A DNA stretch of 64,000 nt from Octopus vulgaris. Taxonomy: Eukaryota. Positions within the stretch are counted from its first letter, which is position 1. Every line of letters begins with the position of its first letter. A program made the translations under genes and the position numbers. The notes below the pieces were generated by a model. It saw nothing but the letters and a program-made list of their open reading frames with translations, did not search any database and was not told the origin of the DNA. This document shows, piece after piece, positions 51,060 to 63,374 of this stretch. Location: positions 40,796,001 to 40,860,000 of the forward strand of contig OX597824.1 of NCBI GenBank assembly GCA_951406725.2. The letters run 5' to 3'.

Positions 51060-51700
51060 GGGAAACCCACTAAGTCAAAATCTTCAAGGCTCAGTAAAAT
51101 TTCAAACAAATACTTAAAAACTGGAGGACGGGAAAGAATTTTGACAGTGTTAACCACACGAAACAATACTGGAAAAAAGACAAATTATAAAAAAAATTTA
51201 AAAACTCAGCCTTTGAATATTATCAAAAATTCACCTTCTACATATAAGCAACTCAAATTTCTCTTCACAAATCAGAACATGGATTCAGATTACTGCGATC
51301 AATCTCTTGTCTATTCACACACCTTATACAAAAATACATATCGACATAAGAACAACAACAATACAAACATCATTCTAGTGACTACAAACATCAGCAAAGC
51401 ATTTAACTATTTTCTTCACTACTCACTTATAAGCAAGATATTCAATACCTTAAACATTACAAAATACTGGCTATCAAAACTATCTCTCAGGTGTCACACA
51501 CACACAGTGGAATAACATATCTACAGTTTTCTAAACTAAAGCTATGTCCTCTGTCTTTTAACTTATTGCTTCATGACCTACCTAATACCTTCACAAAAAT
51601 ACAGACAGGGATGACGTTACAGTTATATATCCCACATGGCTACAACTCTACAATAACTGTCTAGAAACCTGATCCAAATGAATTCTCCAAGGACATCACA
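51060..51700 (+). mobile_element. Decayed LINE reverse-transcriptase remnant
   Basis: IILVTTNISKAFNY (DxSKAFD motif) and a downstream DDVTVI. A-rich coding-strand bias. Confidence 0.5.
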
Positions 51701-53419
51701 TACACCCAACAATTATACTCTGCAAAATAAACATATAGTACACATAGAAGACTAAAATATTGAAAATTACATGCTACACTTCTACAACATTAAGAGCACA
51801 CAGAAGACATTCTAAAAATGCACAGTGCTTACAGTCACTATGTTTGGCCAACACAAGAAAACAACTTTGTTTTCTTATGTTGAGTAAATGTGGTGACTTA
51901 AAGTGTATAAACAATAAATTGGATTCATTGTGGATCATGCAAACCCTACCTGGGTCCCTAATCCAGCAAATTGCAATATCAAACAGTACATTTAATAGTG
52001 TTGTAGTTTTCTTGAAGCATTGTGTATTGTTTATGTAGAATAAATTTTGAATGGTACAACGGTGCATTATAATACAAACAATGGACTATATACCTGTTGT
52101 AATTTAGTCATCCATAGTTTGATAGTACATTTAATATCCTTATGGGTTGCACACTGATTGTAGCTACAAACCAACCTCATAGTAAAAAGCAAATCAAAGC
52201 AAAACAAAAAAAACCCAAACTGAAAGAATGTCTGTCTGTATGAGGGTACAGTTTGTTTATGTAGAGTCTTTCAGCGCTCATATTTCCTGCCATTACTTAA
52301 CACAAATACTTCAAACATCTGTTTATAATGCCATCCTAAAGTCAGCAGTTTTCCTACTCAATCCAGACACACACAAAATAAGCACTGCATTGATAACTTC
52401 ATCAGCCCCAATCATGACACTGGGGTACATGTCACTAAGAATTAATACAGAGGAACAACTATTGTGGTTTGAATCTATTTTGCTGCATTTGCTGTGACAC
52501 CAGAGCAACCAAATCTCCTTCCAAATCACACTCTAATAAAAGATTGGATTAGACATGGTTGAAATGCCTTTGATCATAGGTCTGCTTAATCAGGCTAATT
52601 TTGAATCAAGCAACAACAACAGTCATACCAACATGTTTGGTCTGTTACATAGTACTCCACAAGATAAACCAATGTATATTGGCATACACAGTATGACCTT
52701 TCACTTCTTGTCAGAGACATTGTATATTTAGAACAATGGATTTCTGGACAACACTTAGTTAAGTGCCTGCCTGTGTGCCATTGGTTTTCTCAGGGTTGAT
52801 TTTGCATTAAGCAGCAACAAAAAGTAGATTTGATGCAGACATTATTCTAAAACAATGTCATCGTAGATATACATGGAAACACTTTGTTGTTTTGAAGGAA
52901 TGCGTGATGATGCAGTTGGTGGTTTTATTATGTAGAGGATACAGATAAATGGGATCTAGATGTAAACCTATCGAAAGTTAGAAGTTGATTATGATCTAAA
53001 GGAAGATCAGGTTTAGATGAAACAATTAGACCAACAGAAAGAACTAGAAATCATGAAAGAATCATAAGAATTTAGAAACCACTTAAGATAGATATTTTGG
53101 CAGATTTGTCTGATATAACAATGTATTGAAAAACAAAATGGATGGATGTGAGATGGAAAAATGAATATCTGTTGTTATATATATGTATTCATTTTTTGAT
53201 TTTTACAATTGTTTTTCCATTCTTGCAAGGGTTGGACGAATAATTGAGACATTGTTTTATAGCTGTGTGCTTTTCCTGATGCCAAACCATACCAGCTTTT
53301 CAAATGAGGGATCTCTTATTTCATACAGCTTCTAAATTGCAAAGTGACTGGATGATTTGTTGATAGGAGAAATTGAGCACAACCCTATGTATTGTACCAT
53401 ACAAGTAATCAAAGACATA

Positions 53420-53640
53420 AATACACATACACAGTGTGTGTGTATATACATACATACACACACACCACAAATACTCAAGGGGTTTCCATTTTCTGTTTAT
53501 CAAATCCACACTCAAAGCTTTGGTTGGCCTTGGATTAGAGTAGAAAATATTTGCCCAAGTTGCTGCACAGTTGGAACCAAACAAACCTGAAACCACATAG
53601 CTGGGAAGTGAACTTTTCAACTATATAATCATGTCTGTCC
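53420..53640 (-). mobile_element. SINE family A, 5' half, old copy
   Basis: CAAATCCACACTCAAAGCTTTGGTTGGCC...TTGCCCAAG matches family A. Confidence 0.65.
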
Positions 53641-55097
53641 GTCTGCATTTGTATTTTACATACAGCTTGCACTATATTAATTTCAGCACCTACCTGCAGT
53701 ATCATTCCCATCAGCTGTGCTGAACAGCATTTATGTTATTAAGGAGCGTTTACATTCTCTTGGCATACATCATGCTCTTTTTTTCATGTATGTAATCACT
53801 AAATCAAACCAGGGGCAGCTGCTACCATCCAAACCATGTAGTGATTATTTTATTACACTATTTGCCAAGAGATGTACCGAAACAAACATATAAAGAAGAA
53901 TATATGGCTGGAGCCCTGGCAGGTTCTTTAAGAGCTAGTTTTTAGTTGCTGTTTCATTGCACAAAGTGTATGTATGATAAATTTCTCCTTAGAAAACATT
54001 CTCAGGTTTTAATGGTGTATATTCTTTATCACCTAGTGAAACAAGGAAATGTAGATTTTGTTCTGAGCTGAGGGGGGGAAAAAAACAAACAAAACACACC
54101 AGCTGTGGATTTGAATTTCTGATCCTTGGCCAAGTTGTCCAGTACATTATCAACTGAGTTATCTAGTCTCTACAGGGAATGAAATAATTAGTTCAATGAA
54201 ATTGATAGAGGTGACTTGAGAGAAACCCTCCAGCTGGTGTCTTTTCAATTACCACAAAAACAAATATCTATTTTGACATTCAAGCATAGTTTTGATAACT
54301 TCTATCATTTGATAAATGAGATTGAATGTGAAGTACTGAACCCCTATTACTATTCAATTTGGAGAACATATATATGCATGTGTGTATAAACATACACACA
54401 CACAATATTAATCAGATCTTTCATATTTTTGTGCAGACATTTTGTACTGTATTTATGAATGCACATGTTTATGCCTATGGGTGCATTGTAGTGGTAGGGT
54501 CTTATAGAACTAGAGGAATCCCTCGCATTATGGGCTTAATGAGTTATTCAAAAAATTTTGCTATAATGTGAAATCAAATTTCCCATTGATTTTCATGTTA
54601 TGAATTGAGATGCATTCCAATGGAGGAAATAAAAAAAAAAACGCACAAAAAAAAAATGAAATAAGAAATGCCCAAACAAGAAGCACAACAATGCATGAAA
54701 ATAACAATTTCTAAATATACATAGTACAATATGTATACATGAAAATATTTGAAGAACAATACATTGGGGAATAAGTAAGAATTGTAATGGGGTCTGTTGT
54801 TACTATAAAAGTTGTTGACTTCTGTGTGAGGGATGTTGATACTGGATTGAGAATTACGGAAAAGATGAAGCACGCTATCTTTTGTCTTCAATTAATCAAC
54901 TGTAGGAATGGAGCTCGTTGTAAACTTTTCTTGTAATTTTTATGTTACATTCATGATTAGGATTTATATCAGCAAAAACTTACAGCCCCTCTTTTATAAT
55001 GCCAACCCTTTAGCAATATTCTTAGCGGTCAATTTAAGTGGAATTGAGGGTATTTCTGTATTTCCAATTTGCTGTTGTTCTAACAGTTTCAGCTTAA

Positions 55098-55311
55098 CCC
55101 TTTCGTTACTGTATTTATTTTGAGATGCTCTGTGTTTCTTTCAATTACTTTAAATATAATCAAGAATCTAGTAAAATAACTTAGTTATCATTCAGCTAGT
55201 GTTAGGAACATAAATTGTGACTAAGTTTTGGTGGAAGATTTTAATTCAAAACTTATGAAAACAAGACATTTATACTCAGAGCCGGATTCAGCCGGGTTGG
55301 TAACGAAAGGG
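55098..55311. mobile_element. piggyBac-type MITE (second family)
   Basis: TTAA on both sides and a perfect 12-bp TIR, CCCTTTCGTTAC/GTAACGAAAGGG. Confidence 0.88.
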
Positions 55312-55875
55312 TTAAATAAACTTTCTTTATGGGTATTTAACAACTCAACCACACTAACCTCTGTGACTTCTTTAAACTCTACATAATTTATGTCACAATA
55401 TCTTTCTTCATTTGTTGTAGACTTTCTGCTTGTGAAAAACTTGTAAAATCACAAATGCAGTCTGGTCATATATTTTTTTCCAAGCAACTATTCAAATTTG
55501 AGGGTTTCACTTCATCCCATGACTCAGCTATGTTATCCACAGCATACATTATGTTGAAATTCTTTCAGAAATCTCTATGTTTATCTTCCCTATAAATTGC
55601 TTCAATATGTTGATTGAAAATTCTTCTCAAATAATGTCTTGAAATTTGCTGTCACACCTTGGTATTTTGGCTGAAGAAAGCTCATTTAAGTTGACTGGAG
55701 GAAAAGTCTAAAAGGAGCAACTGGAACTATGCTTGGCACTACCTTTTTACAGCATGACAAAAAATGAAAAATACAGTTTTATGTTGTGGAGATTCAAGTG
55801 CTTCTTCAACATTTCAAACTATCCTTTATTAGTGAAAAAGTTTCACCCCCACTTTTTCTGGGGAAATTTCCTCAA

Positions 55876-55921
55876 GACACCTGAAGAAGGCTGGAAGGTA
55901 TATCAGCCGAAACGTTGTGTT
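55876..55921 (+). ncRNA. Minimal type I hammerhead ribozyme motif in a Penelope-like terminal-repeat fragment
   Basis: Stem I GACAC/GTGTT, core CTGAAGA, an extra A, stem II GGCTG/CAGCC with a 10-nt loop, GAAA, palindromic ACGT stem III and a GUU cleavage triplet. Confidence 0.7.
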
Positions 55922-56795
55922 GACAACAAACAAGATGAGGACAAATATCCATCGAATGTAAATAATCATATAAACTTATTGCTATTTTTTAACTAATAAA
56001 ACTTATCAACACATGAAGTCAAGCCTGATCCTCAGTCCATACACTCAGGTGCCATTCCATTTTATGCATTAGATGTATGAAAAAATAAGGCTCAAGCAAT
56101 TAATGATGGAACTTCTTGATAATTTGACTTAATTTTCTTTCTATTGTCATGTATTATCCCCTCAGAAGTTAGTGCAAGCTTTAATGTTTTGCCAGTGTAG
56201 CTGATTTTTTTTTTCACATCAAGTTTAATATCCAGTTTAATCCATTTATGATTCCATTTCACACTACTACCTTCAGTTCCACTTGATAGTTTCTTTCCAG
56301 ATAACTTGAAGTGTAGGTAAATCCAATAGTGGTAATCAGTAATTACCCACAGTAAATATGCTGTTTTTTTTAAAAAAAACAAAATAGCATCAGAAATGAA
56401 CTTTTATAGGAGCAAAAAAATTGTCATTCTTATGGATGTAAGATTGGAAATTAGTATGAAAGGCTGGAAGAGAGAGGTGGGAGTAAGTACTGCATGATCA
56501 CAGTTATTTGAAGGGTTACTAGGTTCCTGAGCACTTTGCCCCTTACAACATTTATAACTACAGACTATCATGCTGAGACTATTGTTGTTGCAAGTTTGTT
56601 ATATTGGTGGTGATGGTGATGTTCATATTCTTTCTGTTAATTGTACTGTTGTTGCAGTTTTGTCTCAAATCAATCCTCATTTACCTAAGATCAAAGACAA
56701 TTCATTGAACTTTAAAAATACACTAGGATACCACATTATTTCAAGTCAATATCTTTAATGGAGTTTCTTATCTTGTTGCAGTTGTTGGTCATTAA

Positions 56796-57015
56796 CCCTT
56801 TAGCATTCACATTACTTTGTCAGATGTACTGTTTATTTATTCACAATGTTCTGTATTAATCATGTATTATCTTGTAGCTCTGAGATTTTTATGATGTGGT
56901 TCTACATTTTTAGAATGATATTGTAGGGTAGGCATAAGAGGCTAAATCTAGTTAGTTTAAATATAAAACAGGTAGAATATTTGGGCCAGATATGGTTGGT
57001 TTGAATGCTAAAGTG
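56796..57015. mobile_element. piggyBac-type MITE (6345 family), older copy
   Basis: TTAA-CCCTTTAGCATT...AATGCTAAAGTG-TTAA. Confidence 0.8.
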
Positions 57016-58945
57016 TTAAGGAGTTGGTGGGTTGGTAATTGCAGTGGTTGTATTAGTTTTTGGGTTGATGATAGATAGTGGTGTTGACAGAGAGCTACTC
57101 ATTGTGACCGAAGAAAATACACGCACACTTGTATATATACATGTATGTACCATGATTATAGTTTTTCAAATTAACTGTACTTTGATCTTGGCTGAAATAC
57201 TGAGAAGTGGTCTTTCGGTTAAGACGAAAGTGAAGATTTTAAATTGTTAAATTTATCTAAGTTTCCATAAGGATGAAATTACACACTGTATCTCAAAATT
57301 AGTGGTCATACAGTACAATTTATGTAGGTTCAAAATCCCATAACACAGGCGATGCCAGTACTTTGCTTTCTGAATGTAACTCACCTATTGCAAGTCCTGG
57401 GTGGCTGAGCTTTATATTTGAAAAAGCGACCACTAATTAAAAATAAGCAGTTATTATAGTGATCCCCAATCTATGTATTTACCATTTACATAAGCCCATA
57501 TAATGGCAATTACTCTAGCTGCTAAAAGTTCTTTTGAAATATTTGTAATTCTAATTATGAAGATCATAAAGAAATAAAATTGACCTTCTTATGACTTTTA
57601 TGCTGTTAAGATATTTTTTTTCATCATAAACACAGTTTCTTTTTCTAGAAGAGGTTTGAGGATTGTTGATTTTTTTTTAAAGTTTATTATTGGTGTTTGT
57701 TTAATTCATTCTTGGTGAGATTTACACTAAAAAATGAGGCATCATAGTTGATATTATAAAGCGTTTATTATAGCTTTCTGTTATCTCCTTTTATCTCCCT
57801 TCCTAGCTGTAGCAGTTACTTGCATAGCACAAGGCTCCACATTTATAAGGGAGTTATATAGTTGCCAACAGGGATAGTAATGGAAAAATAACTGATATTT
57901 GTAGAATTGAGAATGGAATATTGAATTGACTCTAGTATTTTACTGGTACATACTTTGACTTCAGAAGAGTATAGTCCGAAGTAGTCTAGGCATTTTGATT
58001 TCAAATAGTGAGGATTCTCTTTATTACACAGCTGACAGTTTCTTGACGCTTCCACACTGATAATAACTAATGATCATAGTGATTCACTGTGAATAGCAGA
58101 AGATGTAAATTTATCTCTGTTTAATAATGCTAGTTATTTTGCCAAACTTTGATGAATGGAAAGGAATTGCAAAATATTGGAACCAGCAAGATTATAGAAT
58201 GTTTGATATTTTTTTTATGGTAGTGTAATCTCAACTGAATGATGGTGATGTATTAATGATGAAGTAACCTGTTTGATCTATTACTAGAAATGTTCCAACA
58301 TAAATAACTCTCTATCCACAAAAATGTGGTTAAATGTAGAAAAATATTTGAAGTTGGAACTTAAATATATATATTTAGTTGGTGTTTTAAGAGGGAGAAA
58401 GAGATAGTGTACCATAAATGCATTGATAAACTTGTGACCTTGTGATTGCAGAAATGATATAGAAGCAAAGAAGCTTGTTTATTTTCAGTGAGCATTAGTA
58501 GTGGTAAGTTTAGGTTAAAAAACAGTGAGGGGAGAAGAGGTAGGCAGTTTTTCTGTGTATGAAGAGAAATGAGGAGACCTAAAGTGCCTCTGTGAAATCC
58601 CGCAGCATTATGGAATGCCTCTTTAAATAGGAGTGTAGAGGACATCTGGACATTCTAAAAACCTGTTACTACACACAAACTGTAGCAGTGATAAATCTAG
58701 GTAGCAAATAACAGGATGGTGGAATTGCTTAATAGGCCAAGCAATAAGACTACCTAAGTAGTCATAGAAGTAAAGGAGAATCTTGTATGTGAATTTTGGT
58801 GGATGAATGTTTCTGTATACTTTAGTTAGATCATATCTTAAAATGTTAGCCTTCACATGTGAAATTTAGCAGAATTAGGTTGGTTTGATATGTGTGGCTG
58901 CACAGGCTTGTCATTTTATGCATATAGAAAATAAATTGGACTTAA

Positions 58946-59160
58946 CCCTTTTGATACCAACTGCTTGAAACCACTTCTGGTTCTGTGATAGAAGCTTACT
59001 TTTGTAAATTGATCTAAATTAAATTTTCCATCAAAATTTCTTGTTAATTTATATTCTACTCACCAGTTTAATAATGGTAAAGTATTTGATTAAATTCTTC
59101 ATTCTTTTCAATATTGAGACAAAGGTAACATATTTCAGTGGAAATAGGTTAGCAAAATGG
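58946..59160. mobile_element. piggyBac-type MITE (55098 family), inverted and diverged
   Basis: TTAA-CCCTTTTGATACC...TAGCAAAATGG-TTAA, with internal similarity to the reverse complement of 55098-55311. Confidence 0.7.
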
Positions 59161-59350
59161 TTAAACTGTTGTTGTCACACTGTATACCATAGTTGAATAA
59201 ATGACACTTTACAGTTTCCTTATTAGATAATTTTGTTATACAGTATTTAAGAATGGTGCTAGCTAAATTGATGAAAAAACTATATAGTAAGCCCTAGAAA
59301 GATGTCCCCCATCTGCAGAAAAATTACCTGAGAAGTTCCTGTTTTTTGGA

Positions 59351-59670
59351 TAAAAGCACCCGTGTGGTGTAATGCAAAAGGGTCCATGTTATGCCATGTA
59401 AAAGCATCCATGTGGCACCATGTAAAAGTTCCCGTATGTTGTCACTTAAAAGTGCCTGTGTGGTGCCACACAAAAGCACCCGTGTGGTGTAATGCAAAAG
59501 TGTCCATGTTATGCCATGTAAAAGAATCCATGCGGCGCCACGTAAAAGTGCCTGTGCGGTGCCACGTAAAAGTGCCTTGCGGTGCCACGTATGAGTGCCT
59601 GTGCAGCACCACATAAAAGTGCCTGTGCAGTTCCACGTAAAAAGAACCTGTGTAACGCCATGTAAAAGCA
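59351..59670 (+). repeat. 24-bp minisatellite (about 13 units) inside a family C SINE (SINE continues to about 59810)
   Basis: Units such as TAAAAGTGCCTGTGCGGTGCCACG, followed by the family C tail (CCAACCCATACCAGCATGGAC...TTAAATGATGA). Confidence 0.9.
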
Positions 59671-60608
59671 CCTAGCACACTCTATAAAATGGTTGGCAGT
59701 AAGAAGCCATGCCAAATCAAACTGGTGTCTGGTGCAGTTCCTCAGCTTGCCAGCTCTGGTCAAACTGTCCAACCCATACCAGCATGGACAATAGCTGTTA
59801 AATGATGAACAGCTGTTTGGAGAGAATTATGTCAAACCTATTAAGGTAGGTTAGTACTATAAATGGAAGAAATTCAGCTGCTTGCTAATACAAGTATTGT
59901 ACTAAGTGGTTATGTATCATCAACTTTTTGGCATCAGTTTGCATGCTGTATCCTTTACTGTATTGTCTTCTTGAATAAAATGTTTTTGTCTCCAGAACTG
60001 AAATTTAAATATAAAAGATGGATCAGCTAATTAGCACTATCCTTTCTCTTGAATTGATGAGTTACTTAATATTGCTAGACAAAAATACAGTAGTGAAAAT
60101 GTGACTTGGCTAAAAAAATGAAAGCAACAGCAATATTCTGATGTAGGTTTTCTCTAATGTATCATGTGCCTTCTAATACTTAAGAGATTTATAATTAGCA
60201 TAGTGTACATTAAAGCTTCTTTAATACAAAGCTGATAGCAACTGTGGTACATGAAAAGGTTAACAATGATAGGATTTACTGATATAGTTACACTTAATAA
60301 CTTCTAATAACTGTCAGTCATTTTAAAGGCTAAATATTTCATATTGCTGTGTGCATGCATGTGTGTATAGCTGTATGTGGTGAACCCATGTTAAATTGTA
60401 TTAATAAGGCTAAGTATATATCTTTGCAATTCATGTCAGTTTGGAGGATGGTATGGTTTAATATGTAAGTGATACTGAAGATATATTGTTGATGTCATAA
60501 GAATTTATAAACTTTGAGAGAACATGAAATCTCTTTTGAAACAGGGGTCTTGAAGCAGATAAAGCTATGAATAACAGTATGCAGTTTTTGGGTGAGAAAA
60601 AGTCAAAG

Positions 60609-60680
60609 GCTACCTGTGGGACTCAAACCTGCATCTCCTGTAAACATGACAGGTGTTCTAGCAATGGTAACTTTATTAGC
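60609..60680 (-). pseudogene. Decayed tRNA-like sequence (tRNA pseudogene or SINE head)
   Basis: 72 nt with GCTA/TAGC acceptor ends, a perfect CCTGT/ACAGG anticodon stem with a 7-nt loop, a GGTTTGAGTCCC B-box and a downstream T5 tract. D and T arms are mispaired. Confidence 0.5.
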
Positions 60681-60829
60681 TTTGGGATCTACTTTCCAAA
60701 AAAGAATTACATACACACACATACCGAACTTGATGAATAGTTGTGCAGATTATATAAATATCATGAATATATAAAACATAAATCTATATTCTATAAAATT
60801 ATTTATTACAGAATATTGTAAATTGATTT

Positions 60830-62200
60830 CCTTTACCTATGACAATGAGTTTGACGTGGTAGAGGTGATATTTATATTTATTGAGTTGGTAGAACTATGA
60901 TGTACTGGTCTTTGGTTTTTATTCATAGAAAATCTGAAGAGATTGAGGAACGATTAAGTCAAAGGTAGGTGGGTCATCAATATCAGTAGATTTAACAGTT
61001 GTAGTAGGGTTGAGAAGAATTGGCTTGCAGAAGTTGTTTAGCTTGCTGATTCTGCTTCTGGATAATGAATTCCCTTAAGGCTCTGAAATGTTGATAATGT
61101 TACTGGACATCAGTTTCTGTTGATAAATCAATATACAAAATAATGTTATCAAGGGATTCTCATACAGCAGAGAGTTTAGGTTTCTTGGGCAATTGTTTGT
61201 TGTCTTCATTATTTCTGTTGCCACTAATGAAAACTTCAGTTACTATTTCTATTAACACTTAGCATTCAGTTCTGGTGTTGTTATCTGTGATGTCTGGGTT
61301 GTCTCCTCTCTCAAGTAAATAATGAAAATTTATTGTCTCAAATCCTTCAAAATTGTATTCTACCTCCATTTTGTACAGAAGTCTTTTTTTCTCCAAAACA
61401 TAAGTTGTCTTTAGTACTTTCCACGAAGCTGCTGAATTTGATATTGCAAACTTGAGGTTGTTGACGTTACGAGGAGTTTTTGCTGTTGAATGTCTTCTTT
61501 AAAATCATCTCATTTAACCATGTGAACTTCCATCTAAATATTTTCATTAGTATAATCTCTTGTAGATTTTTCACTTGTATTTTGATCTATTAGTTGACAG
61601 AACATCACTATATTTTAATGACAAGTTGATGAGCAGGTACCTTTCACCACATCAACAGAAAGCTTAAGACCATTTGGAATAAAATCTGAGAAAAAATAGC
61701 TGTTAAAGATACGCATGTTGAACTACAGTTCCTTGAAATAATGCACTTTTCATTGGTGCATTATCTCTTTCAAAACTTGCAGGTATGCTGACCTCTCCAT
61801 CAACTTGAAAAGGTGCATGGTTTCTGTGTTCATGCAGGATAATACTGAAAAGTCTTTAATTTGTGACAAGATGTGGAGGTTTCATTCTTAAAAGCTTGGG
61901 TATTCTTGAGGGGCTACCACTTATACATCTCGGCCCCATCCCTATTATACACTTGAGAAATTAAGAACTTAGGCTAGAAGCCATTTGACCTCTTCCTGAG
62001 TGGGTTGGTTTCTTCAGATGATGCACTGGGTAATTTTATCAGTAGTTTCATGGTGGTTTCTAAGTTACCAAAACTACCCATCCACTAACTTCAAAGTTCC
62101 TAATACCAATGTGATTAGCTAGCTTGGCAGTAGTACCTTCAGCTTTTATACCATGGACATTGTTACCATCAGGTCACTGACTTAAGATTTGTATTTTTTG
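60830..62200 (-). mobile_element. Highly decayed LINE remnant (L1/Tx1-like)
   Basis: Minus-strand LNNFCKPILLN resembles the N[Y/F]RPISLLN motif. A-rich minus strand. Confidence 0.35.
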
Positions 62201-62560
62201 CAACTCTGATAATCTTCCTCACCCCAACAGAATAAGGTATTTCTGTTTACAGGAGATGTAAGCATAAAATCACCATCATTCAAATGATATCAAAACAATG
62301 CAAAGACATAGAAAACAAACCATGACTCTCATACATATACGAATACACACACACACACCTATTGTTAAGGCATTGTTTTACAGGCAGATGCTCTTCCTTT
62401 TGTTAACTGTTACTGGGTTTTCAAGCATGAAATCTATTTTATGTTTTTGAAGGTGTGCAGTGAGCAGATGATTTGTAGACAAGAGAAATGACAACACTAC
62501 CACCTCATGTCTTGTGACTTTTGTGGGGTACAAATGTAAGCAAGCACAGAGACACACATA

Positions 62561-63374
62561 CGAGGATGGGCTGAAAAGTTCATAGGCTGACTATGAAGGA
62601 GTGATGCTAGAGCTGTGAAATCTTGCATGCATTATTAATAACTGCATAATTTCTTTCCAGCTAAACTGACATTTGACTGTTCAAAGAAAACTTCAAAAGT
62701 ATCCAGTAGCGACTTCTCTTGAAAATCGACAAAATTTGGCATCGTGGTGTTATCAAGCACCTGCAGGAAAAGGGTTTAGTCCCCAAGGACATCCATGCTG
62801 ATATGATTGCTACATTAGGGAATGGTGCTCCATCTTTATGAGTAGTGCAAAAGTGGCCAGCTGAATTTGGGAGGGGAAGCGAGAGTCTTGAAGATCATCC
62901 AAGATCTGGATGTACTGCAACTGCCACACCTAGGAAAACATTGACCACGTTCACCACATGGTGATGGATGACAAGCAATTGATTATAAATCAAATAACAA
63001 AATCTATTAGCATATCCTGTGAGAGAGTTGAGAACATTCTGCACAATGAACTTGGCATGGTGAAGGTTTCTTTTGACACCTGATTAAAAGGACACCAGGC
63101 TCATCACATCACCGGAAAATTCGACATTATTTGAGGTAGATCCAGCTGGTTTCCTTGAATGTTTCTTAACCCAGGATGAGTGTTGGGCTCATCATTTTGA
63201 TGACTTTTTTTTAACCAACAGGATGAAAACTTTTCACCAATGGAATCCAAGTACAACAACTGATGGAAGAGGTGTGTGGGCCACAATGGGGGACTATGTT
63301 GAAGATTAGACTTCATTTGGTCACATTCCATGAGAGTATATTGGTTAGCCTATGAAATTTTCAGCTAACCTTCA
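62561..63374 (+). mobile_element. Internally deleted mariner element
   Basis: TA-flanked TIRs CGAGGATGGGCTGAAAAGTTCATAGGCTGAC / GTTAGCCTATGAAATTTTCAGCTAACCTTCA. Remnants IWHRGVIKHLQEKGLVPKDIHADMIATLG...SLEDHPRSG, FLTQDECWAHHFD and GDYVED*. Confidence 0.9.

Noticed and set aside
59351-59670. CRISPR-like periodic array
   Set aside because: Contiguous degenerate 24-bp units with no unique spacers, inside a SINE, in eukaryotic DNA with no cas genes.
59324-59772. Repetitive ORFs on both strands
   Set aside because: By-products of the 24-bp period of the minisatellite.
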